Origin: Phoronis australis
Taxonomy: Eukaryota > Animalia > Phoronida
Length of the DNA: 64,000 nt
Direction of reading: 5' to 3'
NCBI GenBank assembly: GCA_002633005.1
Contig: NMRA01000198.1
Span: 306,455 to 370,454 of the forward strand
The notes under the pieces are model-generated. The model saw only the letters and a program-made list of their open reading frames with translations. It searched no databases and had not been told where the DNA came from. Both the position numbers and the translations under genes were made by a program. Positions 1 to 10,814 of the stretch are shown one piece after another; positions within the stretch are counted from its first letter, which is position 1, and every line of letters begins with the position of its first letter.

Positions 1-269
1 CTTAATTTGTCACAATGAAACGAACGCAATGATTAAGTGCTGTTCAATGATTTTGGCAACATGGTATTCATAATGTTTAGTGTGGTGTCCAGTATTGTTA
101 TGTAGCACGTATTCTGATATGGGTCCGTATGGGAATCCCCGAGCAGGTGACTTTTAGCGGCAGTCGAAAAAACAAGACGCGTCGTCCCATTTGTTATCGG
201 GCAATCAATTTTCTGGTGTTTATTCTGAATTGTAGTTTATACTGTACAAAAATGATGTTAAGGCTTTTC

Positions 270-1265
270 ATCCATGGCTTTTTGAAGCCGAAGATCTGAA
301 CGCTGTGCGATTCCGGTCGCAGTTGGCGAGTATGTGTCCGGTGTTGGAATAGACGAAGATAGTCTGTTTAATGTGGTGGAAAATACGTGGAGAGTCACGA
401 AAAGACATTAATTTGGTCTTTTCATATCATACGATATTCAAATTGATTAAAATTGCTACATTTAAAACTATTTATTCGATTGATTAACACACGTGCTAAT
501 ACGGGCCCCTGTCTCCGACCCGGAGTCCGGGCGGATAACTGAGAGCGCCTTAACTGTCGAAGAGGCATCAGACAACTTTCTAGTGTTTTTTCTTAAGTGT
601 AGTTTACTCCATAAAAAACTGATGTCAGGAACTTTGCATTAATGTCATTTTGAAGCGGAAGGTGTGAGCGCTGTGCAATTCTGATAAGGGCCGCTGGCGA
701 GTGTGTCCCGAATTGGAATCGGCGACGAAAGGTCGTTTAAAAAGGTGCACGTATGTGGAAACCTAGGACTCATTAATTTGGTCTGTCCATATAAGGCAAT
801 ATTCAACTTAGTGAAAAATCCTATATTAGGAACTTAATTTTCAAATAATTCGCTATTCCGATTTAGGCCGGATTCCGATATGGGCCTCAGTGGCCCAATT
901 CACTGCCGCGCATTTATTGCACCTGAGTGCAAACCTGAGACACACATTAATTTGGTCTGACCATATCATAATGCAATCAGAACAATAATTCGCCGCCACC
1001 CGCCATTTCATTGAGCAGCCTAGAAGACAATAGCAACTTGATAATGAGAATATCTTTAATTTTTAAACTCTAAAACGTTGTGTCGATTTCATGAAAATGT
1101 AGTTTAGGCTAAATAAATGATTTGTATTCATTTCAAACGTTTCAATTTACGATCATGACACGGGACGCCCGCGCCTTATTCGGACCAAATCGGAACTGAT
1201 ATTCCGATTAAGATATGAGCCTCAGCGGACATCTCCGGCACAGTTCACTGCTGCGCATTTATTGC
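270..1265 (+). repeat. Locally repetitive region with diverged direct repeats (unclassified transposon interior or end)
   Basis: CATTAATTTGGTCT at ~406, 771, 946; block ~280-440 resembles ~648-810; ATTCCGAT..GATATG.GCCTCAG..TTCACTGC.GCGCATTTATTGC at ~855-920 and ~1200-1265. Confidence 0.55.
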
Positions 1266-2273
1266 GCCAGTGCGTAGGCCTATGGTGCATGGTGATTGGA
1301 TGATACGCGTGGCCCAGCAACTGACTCTGAATCAGTGTCCATGTTGATAGGGCCACGGTTACAATTCGACTCCCAGACTTTTTTTACTGGACGTCATTTC
1401 TAAAATCACAAGCAAGAATGGGTCGGAGACCTGCTATTTGGTGCGCTCAGTCGTCGGAGACCTCTGTACTGGTCGCACGGCTCAGCCGCGGGATCTGCCT
1501 GCTCTGCACCGGCGGCGCCGGGTAGTCTCCTGCACAGACCCTCTAGCTATCCGTGACGTCAGCGGGTGAGGCCCGGATAACTGACGAGGAAATTCCCTTT
1601 TAGCGTTTGTGTGAACTAAACAAGTAGGTCAGTCAAGACTTCCAAGAAGACTGGAAAGAATGTGAGCGGCTTCTCGTATTCGGTACTACTATACAATTTG
1701 TGTCCATTACATTGATCAGCCATCACTTAGGCCTATCTATTGCGAAACATTCTTTGGCTACTCTATGTAAAGGTTGGTGTATGATAATCTGTTGTATGAA
1801 CAAGTAAATTTAGTTACAAAAATGAAACTATCGAGTCAGCCTGCGAACTAGGCACCTGCGGACATTGTCAATTTGCCTTAACCCTTACATAGCCCTGGAT
1901 GCCATAGCACCTGTGACAACATTACCAGCCTACACATAGGCCTACTACAAAAGTTTCTGGCTTACAATCAAACCCTTCCTATGAAAAAGGTTCATACAAC
2001 CGACACCACAAAATTCCGACAAAACAAAAGTATACTCGATCACTAGAGTCGTCCATGACTAATTCTTTATCAACGACGTAGGCAACACGTCGTAGCCCCT
2101 CAGCTGCCAGTGACATTCAGGGCGATGTAATTGCCTACATAAACGTAGCCTAAGGTGTGAACGCTCCCACCTACGGGAACCGCCCCAGCCTCCGTGTAAC
2201 TAGCATTTTCAGAGAGTATCTGCGAAATCTCACTAAGCTCCCAGAAATGGTATCAGTAATGTACCTGCAAAAC

Positions 2274-3724
2274 GGATTGTACTAAAACCCCCTGGACCCC
2301 CACGACCTACAATCGCCTCGACCCACGACCTACAACCCCGTTGACCCAGTCTACACAAGCTCAACTCGATCTGAACGTAGAACAAGTGCTGACTTGCAGG
2401 ACCAATTTGTTGAGCCATGAGCTTGGCTGGCTTTTCCCTGTTTTTGCTATTAAGAGAGTCAATTCGACAAGTTTGAAAGCCAAAAACAGGAAAAGAAAGC
2501 AATGCGACCAAATACCGTAAAATGAAAGACCTACCAATGGGCCTTTATGCAGCCTATGTCCTGGGCCGTCCAAATGGACCCCCTAGCACTAATCTGGATG
2601 CCCTGGCAAAGATGCCCAATGAATCATTGGACGCCCACTGTCAATCAGAACCTTTCAAGTTTGGACACACACATTGTAATGATTACTAGGAAGCTCAGGC
2701 ACATAGCTGAAGAGAGAAGTGAGCTCACAGTGCTGGCTCTTTTTTCAAATCAGGAAGAAATACACAACTATACGATGTATATACAATGTTGCCATGTTCA
2801 AACTAGATTGAAAGCATTGTGTATCCAACACCTTTCAAGCATTAGCACATATTTGGTTGTCAACTGCAGCTCCGATGACTCATTTTACATAGCTATTTAT
2901 GATGATATGATAAACTTTATAATGTCAACATGATTCGAGATCACCAAAAACAATACATAGTGCATAACCAAATATCTAATATTTGTTTGGGAAGCTATTT
3001 CACTGTTTTCCTAAATTTAGATGTAAAAGCCTTAGTCTACACATTTTTTGTAAAAACCGCACTGTGTGTAGGGGATTGCTGGTGAAAGGTCGTGGGGGTG
3101 GGGGTTACGTGTCGTTGGAATCATGGACGCCCTGAAATATTGGGAACCCCATTTTGGATATCCTATTTTCGAAGTAATGGATAAAGCTCTGCCTACCAAG
3201 GTTACAAATGTCGTTCCCCGGGCAGAGTGTAATCGTCTCGTCTCAATGGCAGATTCAACCTTTTTTGGAAGGAGTGCGACAAAACTGTAATTTTATCAGT
3301 AAATTATGTTTGAAAAACAAACTGTTATAGTAAGTTATAAAGTATTTCAACATTATATGGAATATATGAGAATACAAGAGAAAGAATTATTTACATTCAC
3401 ATTAATGTACTCTCTCTTCCTAAGTTTAGTGGAACTGGGCCATTGGTAGTCGCTTGTGGAACTATTTCCGTGACAACGATAGCGCATTCACAATATTTCA
3501 GGACACGTTCTCACACCACCCCTTTCTGTTTTTAATCACCAGTCTTGAGTCATAGCAGTCTCGCGTGTAGGTATGTCTTATGGGAAAATCGGCTCAGCTG
3601 CGTAATAAGATTATGAAATATGTAAAAAACTCAATAATACCCCTATTGGCACAGGTCATGGGTTGAGTGGGTTGTGGGTCAAGGGGGTTGTGAGTCGAGA
3701 GGTGTGGGGGTTTTATAACAATCC
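2274..3724. mobile_element. Non-autonomous Mutator-like (MULE) DNA transposon, 1451 bp
   Basis: TIRs GGATTGTACTAAAACCCCC versus reverse complement GGATTGTTATAAAACCCCC (17/19), with GACCCAC-type subterminal repeats at both ends. 9-bp TSD CTGCAAAAC (2265-2273) / CTGCCAAAC (3725-3733). Removing it restores the LINE frame. Confidence 0.8.
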
Positions 3725-4040
3725 CTGCCAAACTTCTTAAATGTGCCAAATTTATCCTCTGTGGATCTCACGCTGATCTCATAAATGCCTGGTTTTCTTG
3801 CTCACAACTACCTGACCGTCTCAAACAAGCTTGCGTTACTCCCATTCACAAGAAAAATGCCCCCCTCTCCATCTCAAACTATAGACCTGCCAATAATTTG
3901 AAAACTCTATGAATGTGAGATTTTCAATCAGATATCCAGCCATGTTGAATCTAATAGTCTTTTAATGACTACCTTGGTGCCTTCCGTGTTGGCTTTAGTT
4001 ACAATACCACCTTATTTTGCCTACTTGAAGACTGGCAATC

Positions 4041-4308
4041 TATAGAAAATAACTCGCAAGTATTTCTTTACTGTTCATTGATGACAGCAAACTACGAATG
4101 ATCGTAACCTGAAAGAACAGAGACAGGGGGTAAATACTAGGTCGCTGATAAGTGACGTGTGATTATAATAGGTAAACAATGCTACAGATGTGCTAAGGCT
4201 ACAATATATGAGAGAATCTTACCGCTAATTAAACAATGGACTTAGAGACAAAAGGAACATGGCGGCTAGGGCGAATAGCAAGCGCCATCTATATGTCATA
4301 ATTCTCTA
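4041..4308. mobile_element. ~270-bp insertion in the LINE RT (MITE-like, unclassified)
   Basis: LINE frame reads LLEDWQS before and LDEQKYTAAV after; ends TAGAAAATAA / TAATTCTCTA are an imperfect inverted pair. Confidence 0.55.
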
Positions 4309-5293
4309 CTAGATGAACAAAAATACACTGCAGCAGTCCTCATAGATCTTTCTAAAGCTTTCGACTGCCTCCCTCACTCCCTTCTAATCTCCAAACTTGA
4401 AGCTTACAAATTTGATGACAATACCATAGCCCTTCTTAGGAATTATCTTTCCAACAGAAAACGAGTAAGACTAGGCCAACACTCTAGTGAATGGGGCCAA
4501 GGTATACACGGGAGTACCTCAAGGATTCATCCTGGGTCCCCTTCTCTTCAATTTGTTCATCAATGACATCTTCTTTTTCGTGAAAAAATCTACACAGGTC
4601 AACCATACAGATGACAACACCTTCTCTTTCTCTGACAACAGCCTACTCTGTAACTGAAAATTTATGACAGGACAGCGAATCACTCAACTGATTCGCTGTG
4701 ATGCATTTTTACATCCGCAAAAAGAGAGTTAGTGGAATTGTATAGGGGAAAAATCTGTATAGTCATGTATACTGTGTTATTAATTGTAATAGGCCAAGTG
4801 AACAAAAATTGTGTACTTTTGTAAAAAGACATTCTTCCTGATAAAACTTAAATACATTATGTACAGTAAAAATCCTTTAATTTGGACAGTATATAATGTT
4901 CTAAAATTTGAAATAGGCAATATTGTCTGTAATAAATTTATGATATAAGATAAACAACGAACAATCATTCATACTGATGTTAACGCTATGTGGCCGCAAA
5001 GAAATGTTGCGTTGGGGACTGTTTTTGACAATTTTATGAGTTGCCGAATCTATTTTTGATGCACAGCGTAGTGTCAGATGTTTTGAGAAATATTACGAAC
5101 ACCAAAATCATCCATGTACCAATCTATGGAATCAAGTAAGTACAATTTCAGCTTAATTTTTGGTGTCCTAAATTTTTGGAACTACCAAAATTGGAGAATG
5201 TTTACCGTAATAAAGTATCATGTATGCGCATGTCAAGGCTATTGCTCTTGTAATTTAAGTTACTGTACCATTGCTATTTGCAGGTTGTGTAGT

Positions 5294-8228
5294 ATGAGTC
5301 GCCGAGGGAAATCCAGTAATTCTTCTTCAGACAATAAGTCTGACACTTCATCAGGAGGATTTTGGGGCTATTTGCTGGCTGCTGGAGCTGGGGCTCTTAT
5401 TGGAGGTATGTGTAGAACAACAGCTTTGCAATGAGGAGCTCGAAATTCACCAGGTGGTGTAAAAGAAAGAGTGCCTTATACCTGCGTGCCGTGAGGTTGT
5501 CACGTGACGTGTTAATATTACGCAGGTGTTTGCTCTGTATTCATACAAAGTGGACCTTTCTTTCATTAGCAACACCTCGTAAATATTGAATATCTCATTT
5601 CTTAAACTTTTCCAGGGCTTTGGTATGTGAATGAGAATAAAATTTAGTAATTTCCATCAATTTAACTGTAAATTTTGTCTTGTTGAGGACACTCCTTGAA
5701 AATATGAATGTGCTTTTGAAATAACAAGATCTGTCTTGACTCTGAAGTATACAACTTGGTTTTGTTGGATATTTCTTATTTGTTGTATACGGTAAAACCT
5801 CGCCAATTTGGTTCAGAAATAATCACTAAGATTAAAGTTTTCTCATGTTTCAAGGCCTTCTAACAATGTTGTGAATACCTACAATTTTCATAACACTGTC
5901 AGGTGGTCTTGATCATAAAGCATTAACTTAGGGCTACGTGTCTTTCATGGAAAAGCGAGAAAAGAAAATTCCTCTTGTTGGCCATATTGTGTCCTATGTT
6001 GTTGAGATGTTGCCGTAATAAAAAAAATAATAATTGCAGGCGGTCTGATACACGTTGTAACAGACGTGCGCAGGCCTCGCATGTGGGCCCATTGCACTGA
6101 TCACCTGGAAATATTTTTATGCTTTATTAATATATGGTTAAAACCGAGCTGAGGAGCTAGAAACCTGGCTCAAGGGTTTAGCAGTGTGACCTGGTGGGAT
6201 TTGAACCCACGACCTCGAGTAAAGAAAGCGGGCACTTTATCAACCAGGCCACACTGCCTCCTCTAGATGTTGCCGTAACTCGTCTTCAACAATTTTGCTT
6301 ATTGTGTCATTTGAATTCATTTTACAGCAGCCGCAGCCGTCTTTGCTTCCACAAGCGAAGAAACTGAAAATGGTAAGAACTTGTAAATTTAGTGCTTTCG
6401 CATTTTAATGCGTGCTTGCTGGTGCAACTGTGTTTGAATTTTGTACTAATTGTTTTTTTATTATTGTGATAGTTATTATTGCTGTCATTATCATTATCAC
6501 TATTATTATTATTGTCATCACCATCATCATCATCATCATTATCATCTTCATTATTATTATCATTCTCATTGTTATTCTAGCATAATATAATAATTATAAT
6601 AATAACACAGGACAATGTCAAAGATTCTGACCAGTAACTTCTGTCAGAATTACTCAAACATGCTAAGTGGAAGTGCAGTTACTGTTATTTTCCTCTCATT
6701 TTGTACAAAAAGTATTTCCCAAAATTGTCATTATTATGTTTTAAATGCCGATTACCTTGTTGCAAATAATGGAAACTTTGCAAAATGTTGTTTTGTGACA
6801 CCTAACATTTATGTATTCTGTATTTTTGCTGTGAAATTTGACAAACTAAAGTTTCATTTGTCCACTATATTGTGTGTAAAATAAGTCAAAGACTTGCTAT
6901 ATGGAGAATCCGTGAACTGGAATAATCCTTTGTTAGTGTCGCTCCGTCACATTTCATCGTACTCTGCTGTTTTATAACACTCATCGACGAGTATCACATT
7001 TTTCAAAGCTGAGTCTTTCGTGTAAATTTCCCAAGGGAATCCTATCATGTTGCCTTGTCCTTTTTGTGGGAGATTTTCACTATTGACAACAAACTATGTG
7101 AACATAAATGTCCAGGAATTGATTTGCTAGAAGTTCTCTACTCCTAATCTCTCACTCTACTGCTGTATCATCTCCATGTTAATATTCATTCTTTTCTCAT
7201 CGTCCTTTCAGCTGCACGTAATGCTGGCAATACCAATACGACCAGCAACAATGAGTCTGATCAAGGTAAGTCTTCTCATCAGTTACAATTTTCTTCGTGT
7301 CGTTACTGATTTCATTCTCTGTGTTCACCTCTCAGTGTTTGAGATTCTTTTGCCCCCTTCCCCAAGTTGTATTGTACAGGCACAGGTGCATGTTGGCGCA
7401 GTTTTCCACCTTTTTCCTTTTTGACCAAGTGTCTACTCACCTTAATTTAAGTCTTAATGTGCTGGTTTAGTGTATCGATATGCTGGAGTGATCTGCACTT
7501 TTGCAGGGTCACTTTTAGTCACACAACTTTTATGTTGTTAAAAGGTGGATGTAAGTTGACAAAGTCAAGTTCAGGGATCATGCCTTGCATTGAAAGAGTG
7601 AGTTGAGAGTATGAACATTGATCTGTAAGAAAATACATCTGTGCGCCAAGCTGACAGAGTCGTACGTGTTCTGCTTCAAAGAATCGTATATGTTATAAAC
7701 TGAGGTTCACACCGACATTTTACAATTAGTTCTAATGTGCACTTATGATGTGACTGAAGTAGTGACTGTAGTGTTGAGAAACAAAAGTTTGTGCACCATT
7801 TTCTTTTCAAATGTCTTCTACACTGCTCAAGGTATTCATGTTGTGAATGAATGATATTACACAGATGTTACTGTTTTCATGTAATCAGTATTTGAAAGAT
7901 TTGCAAATATTGATAAAATAGCGTGTGAATGTTGAATACTGCGATTTTCCAAAACGTTTTTGTAATCAGCATTTGCAAGTTGCCTTTAATTAGATTTAAA
8001 GTAGTACTTTATTGACCATACTTTCTGAGACCTTTGTGAACATTTTCATGATGCTTTGTTTCAGATTTCCAGAAACCCACAACCTGCTGCGTTTGCTGGG
8101 ACAATGACAAATGTATCCTGTTTAAGCCGTGCCATCATGTCTGCGTATGTTATAAATGTTCAACAACACTCCAGACATGCCCAATGTGCAGGAAACATAT
8201 TACAGAGAAATCGAAAGTTTATATTTGA
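5294..8228 (+). CDS. Small RING-HC (C3HC4_3, IAP/MUL1-like) putative E3 ubiquitin ligase with N-terminal hydrophobic Gly/Ala-rich segment, 124 aa, 4 coding exons
   Basis: Exons 5294-5405, 6328-6372, 7212-7265, 8065-8228 joined by GT-AG introns, all phase 1; 375 nt. Protein MSRRGKSSNSSSDNKSDTSSGGFWGYLLAAGAGALIGAAAAVFASTSEETENAARNAGNTNTTSNNESDQDFQKPTTCCVCWDNDKCILFKPCHHVCVCYKCSTTLQTCPMCRKHITEKSKVYI. The last exon has the CxxC..PCxH..CxxC..CPxCR RING spacing. AATAAA near 8260 and 8338. Confidence 0.82.
6019..6264 (-). mobile_element. tRNA-derived SINE, full-length young copy in intron of the RING gene
   Basis: Minus strand head GAGGAGGCAGTGTGGCCTGGTTG (A box) ... GGTTCAAATCCC (B box); ATT/T-rich tail; 14-bp TSD AGATGTTGCCGTAA at 6005-6018 and 6265-6278; about 7 differences from the copy at 61811-62050. 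Confidence 0.92.
6473..6604 (+). repeat. (ATT/ATC)n degenerate microsatellite
   Basis: Runs of TTA/TCA/ATT trinucleotides. Confidence 0.85.
6620..6890 (+). repeat. Dispersed repeat; other copies inverted at ~51965-52250 and ~29985-30170
   Basis: Shared GAAATTTGACAAA..AA.TTTCA.TTGTC..C.AT.TTGTGTG.TAAATA; the ORF track gives KFDKLKFHLSTILCVK versus [16 protein letters not shown]. Confidence 0.6.
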
Positions 8229-8488
8229 AGTTCTTGTTCTATTGAGTATTCTCTAGTGGAATAAATTATGCAATTAAAAGTTAAGTTACTTGACCATGTG
8301 TGAGAGGAGCCTCTGGCTCAACATGGCCATTAAGTTTAAATAAAGTTCATACATCTCTCTATCAATATTTTGGAGCCTGAAGTCGATAAATATGTTAGAA
8401 ATACAACCGCACTGTAGTAAACCTTGTTCAAATTATCAAGAAAAGCCTGTTATTGTGTTTGAAAATGAGTGAATCATCTATCATTTTT

Positions 8489-8633
8489 NNNNNNNNNNNN
8501 NNNNNNNNNNNNNNNNNNNNNNNNNNNNNNNNNNNNNNNNNNNNNNNNNNNNNNNNNNNNNNNNNNNNNNNNNNNNNNNNNNNNNNNNNNNNNNNNNNNN
8601 NNNNNNNNNNNNNNNNNNNNNNNNNNNNNNNNN
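8489..8633. other. Assembly gap (N run)
   Basis: Ns; a second gap at 10655-10814 and single Ns at 35628, 37503, 39386. Confidence 0.99.
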
Positions 8634-10552
8634 CAGCCTTAAACAAATGTGTGATAATGAATCTGTTGTCTGCCATATCCGTGGAACTTGCAGTGCTGCA
8701 CTTTTTATGTCCGGTTGGGCCTGACTTCAGCAATGCCTCATTTCAAAAACACAAACTGATGTAGTAAGGCCTCCTACTGCTTCAAAATTGATTTCTTCTT
8801 GCGTTTCACTCAAATGAGAAGCACATTTTTGAGATTGGGTGCGATTGTCCAATCGTTGCTAGTGATGGTTCAACTCAATAAGATGAAATTGAGGGACTCA
8901 CTATGTTATGCACCAAGACCGAAAGCTATATGGCAGGAAATACACTAGCTCCATGAACAGATACTAGATAGAGTTAGGCTGGAAATAGAGAGGTACCTTG
9001 ACTGGACTTAGATGGAGTTTTGCTGAAATATAGAATTGTTTTGCATCAAACCTCTTAGGATTACAGTCTAGTTAGTTCGAAAACAAGGCTGTTTAGTTGC
9101 TTTTTTACCACACCAAGGTTTGATCTGATTTATATGCGTACTTCAACATTTCAAATTGTCTCATTTTCTGTAAATTTTTTAGATAAACCTTCATTCAATT
9201 GGTGGTCTATTTTTTCAGTTGCACGCTGTTTTGTTTTGGATAACCTTTTTCAAGTGCAAAAATGGAACCAAAGTTGTGAACACCAAAACAAAGTGTTCTA
9301 CCCTAGTTGCATTGTGAACAGTGGGCATGAGGATCACAACCTCTATTTATCAATTGCTTGCTGCTTTGTGTTGCTGCTTTAAATACAGCTGTTAGCCTCA
9401 TTCTTGATTGGCAATTGGAGAACTGGATGTGAGGTATGTTCACCAGTTTGTAATGCTGTTAGAGGCTGGATACAAGACAAAAAAATAGACTGGTTCTTTG
9501 ACCGGACAATAGATGGAGTTACAAGCTGGTCCATTTGAGTACTATTACAGTTTCACTAAAAAGACATTCCACATAATGTGTAAGTCTATCTCAAAAATAA
9601 GGAAATCATTAATTTTTGTCTTCCATGTTTGTAAATAATGAATAATTCAATGGACACTACAGAGGGTGTACCATTTCATTCAGTTTGATGTCTGGTACTA
9701 CTCTTGTCATTTTAATTTTAGAAATCTCATTATAACTGTTTCGTATCTCAAGTTGAGTTGTCTTATATCAGTAATTACTGATAGATCTCACACAAGATAA
9801 CCAATTCCCCCATTACAATATAGCTTGATCACTCGCTGGGCTCATTACACAAATTCACATTCAGTTCCAGCTCTGGGGCTAGGTATATCACTCTAGTCCA
9901 TTGTTAGTGTTGTGTTTCAACTCATCGTACAATTATCTACCGTGTTTCAATGGGGGTTAATAAAACCATTGATCAACAAGTACCAGAGAACCGAAACCTA
10001 ATGGATCTATTTCGGCTAATATCGTACTTATTTGGGTAAAAATGATCCTAACTCAACTTCGGAATCCTTGGTTATATCAGATTATTTTAGCCAGTGTTTT
10101 ATTACGGTAAACCCAACACTCATGCGGTACTTGGGCTACTCCATGTAATAGCACCTTAGATCAGATTCCCTGAGAAACGGGCCTCTTGACGACAGTGGGA
10201 CTTGTACATATGTACTGACGAAGTATATAAAGTACAAGATGCCCAGACTTTCCAACGGTAACTACTCTAGCTCAGACAAGCCATTATTTTGCAACTGCGT
10301 TATAGTAACACAAGTCTGAGACATCTTGTTTATTTAAATAAATGTGAAAAAGAAGTGAAATTTTGATCTTTAATGAAGTATGTCATTTATAAAATTGTAT
10401 GTATTTTAATGAGAAATGCAATACATGTAATTGTTTTGCGAGTGTCCATTTTATGAATATAACTAGTAATCTTCAATGAATCTACACAGTATTTAAAGAA
10501 TGGTTTACTTGAGTGTCATACAGTTGAATATTTTGGGAGTTATTTGCTTGTC

Positions 10553-10654
10553 ATAGGGTGTGGGGTCAGTGCAATAGGGTGTGGGGTCAGTACAATAGGG
10601 TGTGGGGTCAGTACAATAGGGTGTGGGGTCAGTACAATAGGGTGTGGGGTCAGT
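10553..10654 (+). repeat. 21-bp G-rich minisatellite running into a gap
   Basis: (TAGGGTGTGGGGTCAGTACAA) x ~5, then Ns. Confidence 0.95.
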
Positions 10655-10814
10655 NNNNNNNNNNNNNNNNNNNNNNNNNNNNNNNNNNNNNNNNNNNNNN
10701 NNNNNNNNNNNNNNNNNNNNNNNNNNNNNNNNNNNNNNNNNNNNNNNNNNNNNNNNNNNNNNNNNNNNNNNNNNNNNNNNNNNNNNNNNNNNNNNNNNNN
10801 NNNNNNNNNNNNNN
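10655..10814. other. Assembly gap (N run)
   Basis: Ns following the 21-bp minisatellite. Confidence 0.99.

Larger units (their letters stand above)
1950..4690 (+). mobile_element. Decayed CR1/L2-type LINE ORF2 (reverse transcriptase) relic, interrupted by two insertions
   Basis: Broken frames give KFWLTIKPFL (~1951), NVPAK|LLKCAKFI (across the 2274-3724 insert), LKQACVTPIHKKNAPLSISNYRP (~3820-3888), DEQKYTAAVLIDLSKAFDCLPHSLLISKLEAY (~4312-4407), GVPQGFILGPLLFNLFINDI and a degenerate YADD (HTDD, ~4604). Frameshifts and stops present. Confidence 0.88.

Noticed and set aside
6150-6264. A/B-box sequences as real tRNA genes (also 15646, 48670, 49931, 61940)
   Set aside because: No complete cloverleaf; they continue into a shared SINE body and two have TSDs.
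8226-8228. TGA stops of the RING and ninein genes as selenocysteine codons, given the nearby tRNA-Sec
   Set aside because: Both fall at the expected C-termini of their families and I saw no convincing SECIS downstream; tRNA-Sec acts in trans.
9425-9434. GGATGTGAGG, identical to the start of vertebrate 7SK RNA
   Set aside because: The following sequence does not continue as 7SK, and the segment belongs to a MITE end repeated at ~11600 and ~40860.
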